Source: Octopus vulgaris (lineage: Eukaryota). Taken from it: a stretch of DNA of 64,000 bases. Shown in pieces: positions 1-14,319 of the stretch. Made by a program: the position numbers and the translations under genes. The stretch lies in NCBI GenBank assembly GCA_951406725.2, contig OX597820.1, positions 75,640,001 through 75,704,000 on the forward strand. Reading direction: 5' to 3'. Positions within the stretch are counted from its first letter, which is position 1, and each line of letters starts with the position of its first letter. The notes beneath the pieces are model-generated. The model did not search any database and was not told where the DNA came from. It saw only the letters and a program-made list of their open reading frames with translations.

Positions 1-2
1 AC

Positions 3-88
<86 letters not shown>

Positions 89-141
89 GTATATATATAT
101 AAGCATATATATATGTATATATATGTGTATATATCTATCTA

Positions 142-178
<37 letters not shown>

Positions 179-218
179 CCATATATGTCTTATATATATA
201 TATATATATTACATATTC

Positions 219-280
219 TTTTATTCTTTAACTACTCTCAGTCGTCTGACTGCCGCCAGGCTGGAGCATTGCCTTAAAGG
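219..280 (-). mobile_element. 3' tail fragment of tRNA-derived SINE family A
   Basis: Diverged match to the reverse complement of the family A tail (ggcggtgctccagcatggccgcagtcaaatgactgaaac) seen intact at 62659-63069. Confidence 0.6.
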
Positions 281-282
281 TT

Positions 283-414
283 TTTTCAGCCGAAATTACT
301 ACGATGATCCGGTTCTTGACTGAAGACTGAGGGTTTCGAATGTCCTGTCCGTGTTTATTGTATCGTCTTCTAAGAGTTATACGTTCTTGTCCATGTTGTA
401 TTTTTCTACATACC

Positions 415-417
<3 letters not shown>
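283..417 (+). repeat. Short interspersed repeat fragment, related to 50047-50125 in opposite orientation
   Basis: ttgtatcgt...cgttcttgtcc is the reverse complement of ggacaagaacg...acgatacaa at 50047-50125. It ends in a (TA)n tract. Confidence 0.45.
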
Positions 418-471
<54 letters not shown>

Positions 472-638
472 CGACACGCAGGCAAACACTAACAAACACG
501 CATATTTAGGTATTATTAATGTGTCTGTCAAAAATTGTGCGCTTCTCATTTTGTCCCACGCAAACAACACACGCACACACACACACACGTGTATGAGAAC
601 ATGTTCGAATATATGTGCTGACGGGATATACTGGGTTT

Positions 639-682
<44 letters not shown>

Positions 683-915
683 CTAAGTGTCTATATATGC
701 ACGTACGCATGCTTGTACGAATGAGCGTACGTGTGGGTGTGCGTCTGTTGGCGTATTCTCCGAATCGCTACTTAGTTATTTGCCTACTTAAACCACCCAC
801 ATCTTACGTTTTTAACAATACAGACTACATTTGTCTCTTCTCTCATCTATTCCTTCTTCGCATTCTCTCCCCCGCTATCTCTTTACCTCACTCCTTATCT
901 CTTTCTTTATGTACG

Positions 916-987
<72 letters not shown>

Positions 988-1125
988 CTGTTTTTCTCTT
1001 TCATTCTAACTCCGCTTTATTTCTCTGTGTCCTTGTCATGTCTGTAAACACATTTACATGCATAAAAATATCATTAAAAATATCTCTTTTTCTTTCTCTC
1101 CCCTTCCTCTCACTCTCTCTCTCTC

Positions 1126-1160
<35 letters not shown>

Positions 1161-1265
1161 ATGTGTGTATACATATATACATATATATATATACATAAAT
1201 TTATATATACATAGATATACATATATAGATATACATATATATATATATATATATATATTTATTAT

Positions 1266-1409
1266 ATATACAGGACTATACTGTTTCATCAAGAGAAATA
1301 GCTTCCTGAAGATTTCTCTTATATATATACTCCTTCTATATAATAAATTAATTTTACTCTGCTATACAGTACTTACTTACTGTGGTTAACCCCGAATCAA
1401 CCCGGGACC

Positions 1410-1412
<3 letters not shown>
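1266..1412 (+). mobile_element. Short Penelope-like element with partial hammerhead and inverted 5' segment (sister of 63487-63680)
   Basis: Shares agcttcCTGAAGAtttc, ctccttctata..taaatta..tttactctgcta and the gtggttaaccccga.tcaacccgggaccta terminus with 63487-63680. Flanked by (TA)n. Confidence 0.7.
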
Positions 1413-1451
<39 letters not shown>

Positions 1452-1457
1452 CATACA

Positions 1458-1495
<38 letters not shown>

Positions 1496-1605
1496 TTGTA
1501 TTTGGGGATGGTCATGTTGCCAGTTTAGCCAATAAAAACACACGCACTATATATCTGCTGATAATTTGCTTCAGCTTTATTTTATCTTATATATTAATCG
1601 TATTT

Positions 1606-1651
1606 CCGCTAGAGTTCTTTCGTCACACATCTGTGACCTCATCAGTGGTCC
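1606..1651 (-). ncRNA. Hammerhead ribozyme-like motif with degenerate stem I, in a short repeat (~1495-1710)
   Basis: Minus strand reads cca CTGATGA g GTCACA gatg TGTGAC GAAA gaa CTC tag. Core and 6-bp stem II are perfect; stem I has a mismatch. Confidence 0.6.
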
Positions 1652-1706
1652 TTTGCTTTCTTCTTTCTTATTTGTGTGTCTTTCCTTACTAATGATCAGC
1701 CATTTT

Positions 1707-1777
<71 letters not shown>

Positions 1778-1844
1778 GTGTATGTATGTATATTTAAACG
1801 GCCCAGATCACAATATTTCCCCTTAACGGAACACTGATCCGTTG

Positions 1845-2012
1845 AATGCTTCAAGGCCAGCAGGTTTGAGGGAAGAATTAGAGTTAAGTCGATTTCACTG
1901 ACCATAGAGCTTAAGTGGTATTTTATCTTACCGACCCCTTCTGTGGAATTTGGACTGAGAACGTAAAGGTTTGGAAGAAATGCTGCTACGGATTTTGTCT
2001 CAGCTTGTCACC
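1845..2012 (-). mobile_element. Degenerate SINE family B
   Basis: ttaagtcgat...cgacccc...ggaatttggactgagaacgtaa matches the family B body. Confidence 0.55.
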
Positions 2013-2169
2013 TTAAACAACTGCGTCATCATACGCTCTCTTCTTTCCTCGCCTTTACAGATCTCAAGACGTAATAGTCTTTTTTTCTTTTCACGTTTAC
2101 AGCGCAGAGACGTTGCTTGGCGGAAGTGTTAGCGCATTGGCGAGTCTATTAGCGTCTTGCGGGCTTCCA

Positions 2170-2447
2170 GATGATCTGATCTGATCAACAGAACAGCCTG
2201 CTCATTAGCTTAATGTATAAGTGACTGAGCATTCCACAGACACGTAGTTCGGAGGGAGCTTCAGCGTGACACAAATTGTGAAAAGGATGACCCCTTGAAA
2301 TAGAGGTGCTACTTAATTTTTGCAACTGAGCGGAGTGAAACGACGTAAAATACGGAGTAATGTTCAAGGACATAATGCACTATGAGGAATTGAACTCAGA
2401 GCCTTACTATCGGGAGATGAAAACCCTAACCACTAAGCCACGCCTCT
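2170..2447 (-). mobile_element. tRNA-derived SINE family C
   Basis: Minus strand starts gcgtggcttagtggttaggg (A box) and gagttcaattcc (B box). Body is homologous to 36313-36612 and 45512-45772. Confidence 0.75.
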
Positions 2448-2970
2448 TCATGTTTTAAGAGTATACGCCGCGGCAGAATTTCTGGTTCTTTTATCCTGAG
2501 TTTAGTTCCCGCTGATTCTGGCCTTAGGATTCGGATTCGACGAATAATTACCAGACAAAAATGGAGTAGATTCTTCTTCAGACGTCTGCAAGTTATTTTC
2601 ACTCATTTTCCTCTCAAGGAGACACAGGTCTCGAGATAGCCGTGATGATTCCGGTATAAAATACTGAAACACACCGTTAAATTACGGCACAGCCCCAATG
2701 GTTTCATCCCTTATCAAAGTCTATGAATCATATTATCCCATAGAGACACATCAAATATACGTACGCATATTTCACAGTTACATTGTAATCACTGGCTCAC
2801 AGATTAACACACAGATACAAAACCGTATTTAGTTGTGTGTATGTATATATATTTCTACAATTCTACATATTCTCAGACAAACACATATGTAAATGAATAT
2901 ATATATTATATATGTATACGTTTATATGTTTATATATGCGTGTGTGGGCGTGCAAGTCTGTATACATTTA

Positions 2971-3027
<57 letters not shown>

Positions 3028-3086
3028 GACATGTACATGATCAACAAGAAGGTGTATTAGTTTGACGCTTGGGAAAATGAATAAGT

Positions 3087-3122
3087 CTTTTACGTTTCGA
3101 GCCGACGCACTTCAGCAGAAAG
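3087..3122 (-). ncRNA. Minimal hammerhead ribozyme motif (CUGNUGA family), copy 1
   Basis: CTTT CTGCTGA a GTGC gtcg GCTC GAAA C GTA AAAG: stem I CTTT/AAAG, palindromic ACGT stem III. Lies in a ~3025-3180 repeat also found near 23703 and 52056. Confidence 0.65.
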
Positions 3123-3181
3123 GAATAAGAGAAGATAAACAGAGAGAGAAGGAAAAAGAATTGTAGATTTAGCGGTCAAGC

Positions 3182-3259
<78 letters not shown>

Positions 3260-3821
3260 GTGAGGCAGAGAGAGAGAGATAGATTAAGAATTACATAGAA
3301 GAACGATAAAGGAACACTCGGGAACATCGCGCAGGAGTCGGGGGCATGCTCTTCACATATCAGTTATCGTTCAAAAATCATAACCATTTCGTGCCATTAT
3401 ATAGAATGTAAACTTCAGTTTATACGTATAATCAGTATTTGCCGTATCTAAAACTTCATGTGCCTTGTAAATCAGAAGGGAAAACTACGTAGAGAACTCG
3501 TGCACTAAAGTCCGAGTTTCTTTTCACTGGTGCCCGTAGCTGAAAAGGTTTTAGAGTACATATACAGACTACATATAGAGAGTACGTTTTGTCTACAAAG
3601 AATATAGTTCTGCCATGTTACACGTTTTACGTCGCCGATCATCCCTTCACTCTTAATAATAGGGATAAATTTCTATACCATTTACACTTAAATTTTTTAG
3701 TACATTTACTGACTTCGATTTTGTGCTTAGTTTGCAGGATTCTTGATGTGAATTCGTTTGTTGAAACAAATCTTGTATCTTGGAAGGCTCATTACCCCAA
3801 TAATAACAATACAGAAGTGAT

Positions 3822-4478
3822 ATTTATTTCTTTATTGCCCGGAGGCGGACGGTAAATATAGGGGGGCAAACAAAGACAGAGAAAGGGATTAAGTCGATTA
3901 CGTCGACTTCAGTGCATAACTGGTACTTACTTAATGAAAGGTAAAGTCGACCTCGAAGGAATTTGAACTCAGAACGTAACGGAAGACGAAATACCACTAA
4001 TCATCTCGCCCGGCGTGCTAATGATTCTGCCAGCTCGCCGCCTTATATAACGGATATAATATTTTTTTCTTTATTGCTCACAGGGGGCTAAGCATAGTGG
4101 GGACAAACAAAGGACAGACAAACGGATTAAGTCGATTACATCGACCCCAGTGCGTAACTAGTTCTTATTTAATCGACCCCGAAAGGATGAAAGGCAAAGT
4201 CGACCTCGATGGAATTTAAACTCAGAATGTAACGGCAGACGAAATACCTATTTCTTTACTACCCACAAGGGGCTAAACACAGAGAGGACAAGCAAGGACA
4301 GACAAACGCATTAAGTCGATTACATTGACCCCAGTGTGTAACTGGTACTTAATTTATCGACCCCGAAAGGATGAAAGGCAATGTCAACCTCGGCGGAATT
4401 TGAACTCAGAACGTAACGGAAGACGAAATACCGCTAAGCATTTCGCCCGGCGTGCTAACGATTCTGCCAGCTCACCGC
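3822..4478 (-). mobile_element. SINE family B (tRNA head, Meta-domain-like body): monomer plus tandem dimer
   Basis: Minus strand ggcgagctggcagaatcgttagcacgccgggcgaaatg...gagttcaaattccgccgaggtcgactttgcctttcatcctttcggggtcgataaattaagtaccag; three units. Confidence 0.85.
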
Positions 4479-5596
4479 AGAAGTGATATTGAGCCAGTGA
4501 ATGGGTTGTTATTGACGTAATGACTCTCCCGAAACACGACTGCATTTATTGACCTACTTCAAAACTTTGTCATTGGTTGTTGATACGATAAATATTTTTT
4601 TTTTAACGCATCCTGTGAAGATTTGCTAATATAAGCTGCTTACAATATTTTTGCTTATTTAACAAATGCCTTTGTTAACGGAATATGCGTAAGACGATGT
4701 AACTAGGTATTTTATAAGTAAACTTTTCAATTTCTTTTGTGAAGCTGTGTGTAGGGAGTGGGTTATTATGATGTATTCGGAGGTGTTGTAGGACATAAAA
4801 AATACATAACTATTTTATCTAAATATTTGCATGTGTGTGCCTGTTTCCTTTTGTTTTCCTTTTGATGGTTTGTTTGTTTTTACTTATGTATATACATTCT
4901 CTAAATGCATTTATTTCTATGCATGTTCCTAGATATATTTAATATTTATAAGTATGCCAACTTTATAATGTGTTATATAATGAAAATCTTGAACAAGCAG
5001 ATTTTTTTTATTTCTGTAAGAACATTTGCCTGTAACAAAATGCTTGAATGTTAAACATAAATATCCACACATTACAAGACTAGACAAAATACTCCATACG
5101 TTTTTTCTGAAATGTTATAATTTCAAGCATTTCGTTATTACTCGAATCTTTTTCAAATCGCTTCTTACAGTTTTTAATATTTCAAAGATACTTTGAAATG
5201 CACTTCAGACGGCTACACAAAAAAAAAAAAAAACTTTCCTGAAAACTACAGGGTGAGGATGAAACTTCATCAAATTCTACCTTTGATGACAACTGTACAT
5301 CAGAAAACAAGTCTCTGCGTGAATATACAAAGAAATGTAAGTATGTAATTTATGTAGGGCGTAATTTATTAAATGGTGTACCGTTGATATTCTCAATGTA
5401 GGTGCGCTACTTATTTTGGGGAAGATTTCAAAAACCTGGCAAGAGATTTCCAAAGAAACGAGGTTTGGGGGAGGTTGGCCAATACCAAGGAACCAAGGAT
5501 TTGACATGTAGTATATTTCGTCGACATAAGGAAGACGATCTCGATGGCGTTTTAACTCCGGTTGTAAAGCGCCGGAAGACATACCACGTGGCATAT

Positions 5597-5903
5597 TCTT
5601 ATTTTTTTATTGCCCACAAGGGGCTAAGCATAGAGGGGACAAACAAAGACAGACAAAACGATTAAGTCGATTACATCGAGCTTAATGCGTAACTGATACT
5701 TATTTAATCGACTCCGAAAGGATGAAAGGCATAGTCAACCTCGGCGGAATTTGAACTCAGAACGTAACGGCAGACTAAATACCTATTTCTTTATTTCCCA
5801 CAAGGGGCTAAACACAGGGGGAATTTGAACTCAGAGCGTAAAGAGCCGGAAGAAATACCACCAAGCATTTTGTCCGAACTTCAAACGCTTCTGCAGCTCA
5901 CTG
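5597..5903 (-). mobile_element. SINE family B dimer, partly deleted
   Basis: Same body, and the same aaatacc|tatttcttt junction as in 4063-4478. Confidence 0.8.
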
Positions 5904-5909
5904 TCAGGG

Positions 5910-6326
<417 letters not shown>

Positions 6327-6546
6327 TAGCCGTCACGATCGACACAAATTAAAAATGATTCTGATCTCAACAAAAGTTTTGCTCTGATTTTTTTACTTGT
6401 TTTTTATTGTTTTACCCATTAAAATAAAACGCAAAAAGTCAACTTGAATAAGAAGAAGAAAAGCGTAAACGACGAAGATTAAAACAGACGGTAAAAATTA
6501 AAGGGTTGTCTTCATTATCAACCGTTTCTGTTCAAAGGACAAAACT

Positions 6547-6581
<35 letters not shown>

Positions 6582-6920
6582 CATATGTATAACTCAATTT
6601 TCGTAATCTACTAAACGTGGTGTATAAACAACATAGAATTTTGTTTCATTTTAAAATGTCTGTCTACTGACTAGAGATATATTCGTTAAATTTTCTATAT
6701 TTAATGACACTCATATAAATACATAATTGGATTTTGTCACTTGTCTTATATTAGATTCGTTTTAATGTTATAAACAGTCTGAATATTAAGTTACGTTCGG
6801 AATTTTTCGGCACAGATTTTGTTGAGTTGATAAAGTCTATTTCAGTTGATTATATGGAATAACAACGGTATGTATGCATGTATGTATGTATGTATGTATG
6901 TATGTATGTATGTATGTATG

Positions 6921-6954
<34 letters not shown>

Positions 6955-7004
6955 TGCATGCATGTATGCATTCATGTATGTATGTATGCATGCATGTATG
7001 TATG

Positions 7005-7530
7005 CCATTATTCAGTTTATTTCAAGAATTCTTGCCAATAGACAAAGAACCGGTTTCTAGCCTGGATCCAAGGCTCCTTCATTGGAACTTCAACATCAAC
7101 AACAAGGTATTTTTGTTTGTTTGTTTGTTTGTTTGTATGTGCAGATTATATGTTTTATGTATGTATTCTCATGCATATAGTTGCATACCAAGACATACTC
7201 ATATATATTTAAACAATAAATTTCTGGAAAGTTATACAGATTTTTACAGTTCCAGTGACTGATTGGATCTGTAGTCTTAGAATTAACTTTCTCTTTTCTG
7301 GTTTTGAGAAGTCTAATTTCTCAAGATTGGTATTTAGGCAGTGTGTTACTTATCCCAGGGCCCCAATAATTAAAGGTATAAACCTGATCTTGCAATCTGG
7401 ATAGAGTAACTGCAGATTTCTCAACAGTTCAGCCTAGGTATTCTCTTTTTCACTGATCTTTAGCTTTATGTTAACATCCGCTGGGGAGCTATTTTCCACA
7501 ACAGTACACAGTCTCTCTTGTCTAACCCAT
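7005..7530 (-). mobile_element. 5'-truncated RLE-type non-LTR retrotransposon (endonuclease C-terminus + 3' UTR) in an (ACAT)n tract
   Basis: Minus translation LCTVVENSSPADVNIKLKISEKENT*AELLRNLQLLYPDCKIRFIPLIIGALG*VTHCL...IQSVTGTVKI shows the E-x-S-x-P, K-x-x-Y-like and IP..IGALG pattern. (TATG)n on both sides. Confidence 0.8.
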
Positions 7531-7733
7531 GTATGTATGTATGTATGTATGTATGTATGTATGTATGTATGTATGTATGTATGTATGTGTGTATGTATGT
7601 ATGTATGTATGTATGTATGTATGTATGTGTGTATGTATGTTTGTATGTATGTATGTATGTATGGATGGATGGATTGATGTATGCATGTGTGTATGTATGA
7701 ATGTATATATAAACGCATGTATGTATGTATGTA

Positions 7734-7961
7734 CTGTAATCCATCGAACATCGCGGGTGTCACGTTCCAAACTCCCACCACGCGATAGGTGAAAATCCGT
7801 GAAGTAGAAGCAGTACTGTACTGTGTATATTGTTTTTAATTATTTTTATAAGTTTATTATATATGCAAAACAACACCACGGATGAATCGACGTAATCTGC
7901 AATAATAAACCACGATCGGTGAACCGCAATAGGTGACCCGCGATATGGCGAGGGATTATTT
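7734..7961. mobile_element. pogo/Tigger-like MITE
   Basis: Imperfect TIRs ctgtaatccatcgaacatcgcggg / cccgcgatatggcgagggattattt, flanked by TA, with internal cgcgataggtga repeats. Confidence 0.65.
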
Positions 7962-7979
7962 TATGTGTGTATTATGAAA

Positions 7980-8305
7980 GATTTCAGTTTCAACGAATCG
8001 GCCTAGTACATTTTTGAAAAAATAATGTTATTTATGCAATTGGTGAGATTTGCCGAACTGCTAACTTACAAGGAACACCATCAACCAACATCGATTTTGT
8101 CAAGCGTTGTTTTTTGGGGACCCACCCACCCACACACATACATATATACGGCAAGCTTCTTTTAGTTTTCGTCTACCAAATCCAATCACACGGCTTTGAT
8201 CGGCCCGTGGATATATATAAAAAGACACTAGTCCAAAATAACATGCTGTGGGAGTGAACCCAGAGCTATGTGGTTAGAGAGCAGACTTCTTACCAAACAG
8301 CCAAT
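7980..8305 (-). mobile_element. Degenerate SINE family A
   Basis: ttcgtctaccaaatcc...gggagtgaaccc...cttaccaaacagcca matches the family A head and body. Confidence 0.7.
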
Positions 8306-8354
8306 GAATGCATGTCTGTTGTTGTGTATAAATATGTATGTCTGAATCTACAAA

Positions 8355-8853
8355 AACCAATATACCCATCATGACTTCCCGTCTGATAAGGCTACACCAG
8401 GTACGTGCATCACTGCAATATGTGCATGACATGGTGATCTCATGCCTAGATAAAAAACACTTCACCTTGCAGGTGGGGTCAAGTTAGAATTTTCTTCAGG
8501 TTGAGTAGCCTATCCCGCTCAAATGATTCCTGAATAAGGGTTGTTTGAGGAAGATGAACAAAACACCCTTGTTGCTATAGTTGAATTATTCGAACCCCAA
8601 AGTATTCTTTTCAACTCATGGCTATGATGTTTTCTCAATACTCCTCGTGATCAGAAATCCACCTATCGTCAGCTACAAAGGGACTTGCTCAACTAGTTAT
8701 GGTCAAACAACTGACATACAAATCCGTGATATTGAACAGAACATTTGCTGTAGCCCGTCTTTTACATTAATACAAATTATCTGCATGCTAACGCTTCTGA
8801 TTAGTTAAGATCAGAAGCAATGAGAACCAATGCCTGGTAGTGCATCTGCACAT
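8355..8853 (-). mobile_element. ~550-bp non-coding interspersed repeat (TAA-associated), older copy
   Basis: Colinear with 9095-9651 and 40006-40522. Confidence 0.8.
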
Positions 8854-8854
8854 T

Positions 8855-8898
<44 letters not shown>

Positions 8899-8908
8899 TT
8901 ACTACGGT

Positions 8909-8967
<59 letters not shown>

Positions 8968-9034
8968 CTACTACTGAGGTCGATGAAATCGACTAGTTCA
9001 TTCCCAACAAATTTCAGGCCTTGTACCTTGTAGA

Positions 9035-9088
<54 letters not shown>

Positions 9089-9094
9089 CATTAT

Positions 9095-9791
<697 letters not shown>

Positions 9792-10437
9792 CCTTTTTTT
9801 TTGTAAATGTGACGATTCGTAGTTCACAAGTAACTAATAGAAAAGTTCATTCAAACGTGATTGACGTTATTTAAATGTTAATGTGTCAAAGTCTGCAATA
9901 TATAACTGTATTTAGACGTATTTAGACAACGATAAACTTGAAAATACAATGTGTCACATAACCAGACTGACTTTAAATAATTCACGAAGTATTTATCTCC
10001 AGCTTTTCATACAGCTTCCTTTTGTTTTTGCTTAGGAAACCGCTGTAAAAGTCTCCTCCTTGACTAACTTCAAAAGCTTCTTTTCTATTAACTATTGAAA
10101 CAAAAATAAATAAAAAGAAGTCCTCCTGCAGGTCAGAAACACAGATTTCTTTCAACCTACAGCAAAAAAAATAAAGAGTAATTCTCGATAATAGACAATG
10201 CCATTCTAAGCGCTATTAACAGTTTGTTAGCTCGTCAGGAAAATATACGCTGTCGGGCGATTAGCGATGGTTTTGTCATTTTAATGAGAAATTATACATA
10301 TATCCTATGTATTTTACGACCTTTTGTTGTGAATTTTATATATCAATATTTTGTTACATTTATTTTCATACGTATGCAAGCCTACTGCTATTTTAATGTG
10401 TTAATGAGACTTATGAACTTTATATCAATCTGTCTAA

Positions 10438-10524
<87 letters not shown>

Positions 10525-10789
10525 GCTAGCTAGCTAGCTACCTTGATATATATGCTGGGGAGAGAGAGAGAGCGATATAATATAGTCCTGAATATATATT
10601 TACTATATAGGTTACATATATCAAAACAGGAGCGTGTGTGAGCGTGTGTGGAGTGGACATGGCGGAAAGGTGTTGCTATAGCAGCCAGGTAGCTTCCTGT
10701 AACTTTCTTTTATTGTTGATCTTAGGTTTCTTTTGGTGTATGAGGATGTCTCATATATACATACATACATACATACATACATTCATACA

Positions 10790-10841
<52 letters not shown>

Positions 10842-12153
10842 CATACATATATATATGCATATATATATATATGCATACATACGGTTGTTTCAAGCGACTC
10901 CTTTAATTGAAAAATTGATCAATGAAAGCATTACATCATTACAAAGAAAACCGTTCTCCTCAGATGACAGCATAAGCCTCAAGCATAAACGACAAGTTAG
11001 ATATTTAAACATATTCATATCATCAATATGATCTAACTTTTCATCTTACTTATACAAATGAAATTCATTTTTGTCATAAATTGATAAATAAAAAGTTAAT
11101 AGTCTTTAAATTTTGCAAAGTTTGGGAAATTTGAGCCAAAAATATTGGTGCCTCTTCCCACAGTAACATGCCAAGCTATAGTCTGCTTTCCAACCACGTG
11201 TATTTTATACATCTATTAATGTCTCATTTTCATAATTTTGTGCTGTGTATTTTTTCGAGAAACGACGGGATATCTTCGGTTGTGTTTTGCTTAAGGAACC
11301 GGGTATGAACCACTGCACAGCCGTTGATTACAACAGCAATAATCATGAAATATGTTGGAGGGAAACTGGTCGCATCCCTGTTCAGACTGGCAGTTTTGGA
11401 CGATTGTTGAGATAAACGAACGAGACTTCTCAAAACGTAAATACAACACAGGAAGGGTTATTACCTGAGAAGTGGGTTTTCGTGCATTGTGTCACGAGAT
11501 CAGACATGTTTCTCGTTAAGCGGTTTCATGACAGAATCACGAACTTTGAATTTTCACTGAAAAAATATATTCTTCATACGAACTGAACTACAGTTTTTTT
11601 TTTTTTGTCTATTTAACAGTCAGACTCGTCTTTTTGCAATTTAACGTTCAATTTGTTTTTCGAAATTTAAATCTCCTTTTATTTTTATTTGCTTCTTTAT
11701 ACATTTATTTATTGTAATTATCCGCATAAAATTTTTTTAAAAGACACAGAATTACTTGAGGATTTTCACCATTTTTTTATATTGTTCACATGTCTGTTTC
11801 AACATTTCACATGTCTTTATTCATTAAAACTTCTTAAAAGATCAGTCGCCGACGTAATGTTTTGTCTAACGTTCTCAATGAGAGCTATCACGCACAAAAT
11901 CCCAACTTACAAACCTGATTTCTGATCGGGTAAAAAAGATTACACTTTAAATCTCTAAAAATTCTATTTATGTATGACAACATAAAAAGATGAGCGTACG
12001 CTCCAACGTCAGACACGTTCTCCGTTTACTTTGTAGCGTCAACCTAATGCACTCCCTTTCAAACATGCACACACACACACATCTATCTATCTATTCATCT
12101 ATCTATCTATCTATCTGGCTATCTATCTATCTCACTCTCTTGCATTTTCTCTC

Positions 12154-12249
<96 letters not shown>

Positions 12250-12783
12250 CCCATGATAATAGCCATAATAAACACTGTCAGGGCTTCTTTCCTACTTAAC
12301 CAGAATGTATAACATATATACATAAATTCAAGAACATACATACATACATACACACACACACATACATACTTACATACATACATACATACATACACATACA
12401 CATACATACTTACATGTAAATATGTCTATATCCGAGTGTACATGAGGAATGCGTGATCATTAGTTCTAGAATATAAACTTGCAAAGAGAATAGCTCGTAG
12501 GATTTAGTTTAAGTATCCTAACTCGTGGCAGAGATGCCCAGATGATAGAAGCATCTCTGCCGCTGAGCTTAAGCCGCCGTCTAAATCGGGTATCAGTTTC
12601 GCTCGCAGAAATGCGTTCATTTCAAGATGTGTTTATCGCGTGTACACACACACACACACACAAATATCCATTGTATATCCATTTTCGCTGCCCATCATTC
12701 CTAGGAGGGTCGTGGATGTAGAGTCCTCAGTCACAATAGTCTATAAATGATAATATATGTCTATATACGTATACATACACACG

Positions 12784-12829
<46 letters not shown>

Positions 12830-12859
12830 ATGTGTGTGTATATATGTATGGGTATATAC

Positions 12860-12907
<48 letters not shown>

Positions 12908-12978
12908 ATGTATGTATGTGTATATATATATATGCATATATGTAGGTATGTGTGTATATATGTATGTATGTGTGTATA

Positions 12979-13018
<40 letters not shown>

Positions 13019-13037
13019 TAAATGCACGTATGTACAT

Positions 13038-13087
<50 letters not shown>

Positions 13088-14037
13088 GTAAATATAATGT
13101 AACCTGTATTTATAAGTATATATATTTTATATGTGTGTACATATAGTATATATGTGTGTATGAGTGTATGTGTTTGTTGAAGTGTTTGTTGAAGTGTTGC
13201 ATGTAGGTATGTGTGTTTGTATGTATGTATGTATATTCTTTCTTTCATGAAGTGAGAGTTATATCCCTAATCAGGATCGTGATTAGTACATTTCTTCTCA
13301 TTCCGCAGCAAGACGATCTCGATAACCATCATCATTAGTTTAAACAAACAACAAGAACAACGACAACAATAAATAAATTAATAAATATATAAATAAAAAA
13401 ATAAAATAAAATATAGGATATCATTCCTAACGTCAGCATTTTTGTATTTTTCATTACAAACATCGTTGAATATAATAACGCAACGTATATGGGAGCCTCT
13501 AATCTGATTGTATACCATAACTATTTTAAGCAGATCTTGAGCAGATATGTATCAATTGCGCAGTATTACACAGTTACAAGCCTGTTGGATACAATTTAGA
13601 TGTAATGATACACGAAATACACTGAACTTGCTATAGATCTTAATGTCAAATCAGAAACTTAAGTAGCAGCCATGTAACATACATATATAAGCGTCTTTGT
13701 GCGTTTAGGAAATCTGGCCGCCATTTATTCGTTTATTCAATGATGTATTATATTATAACATTCATTCGCCATGATAGTAGTATCTGATTATAAAACGGTT
13801 TTAATTGAAATGTGTTTGTTTTTTTGTTTTTCGTGTCGTTTTCATTTATTTTATTTTATTATAGTTTTATTTATTAGACGCAAGGACATTTTTTTTGTCT
13901 ATATTTGCTAGTTCAAACTATGTATGAATGAATATATAAGAAAATGTCTTGCAAACTGGAAATCATAAATATTCATAAAGTTCTTACTTATACAAACATA
14001 TATAATTAAAGTGAGAGTATCTATGTATACATAATTG

Positions 14038-14095
<58 letters not shown>

Positions 14096-14224
14096 CATGT
14101 GTATGTGTGTGTGTGTATTACTTATGTTTGTATTTATGTTTTTATAAAAACAAACATGCATTAATCTGATGGTTCACTCTATACTTTTCTTATTCTTAAT
14201 CAAGAAAATTATTGGTAGAGGCTT

Positions 14225-14258
14225 CGGAGCTTCGGCCAGCTAAGCCATCGTCAGTTTT
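14225..14258 (-). ncRNA. Degenerate hammerhead-like motif
   Basis: CTGACGA t GGCT tagct GGCC GAAG CTC. One A of GAAA appears lost and there is no stem I pairing. Confidence 0.35.
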
Positions 14259-14261
14259 GTT

Positions 14262-14317
<56 letters not shown>

Positions 14318-14319
14318 TG

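Noticed and set aside
5277-5665. Overlapping non-repetitive ORFs (105 aa and 87 aa)
   Set aside because: No recognisable motif or convincing splice signals; one runs into a SINE.
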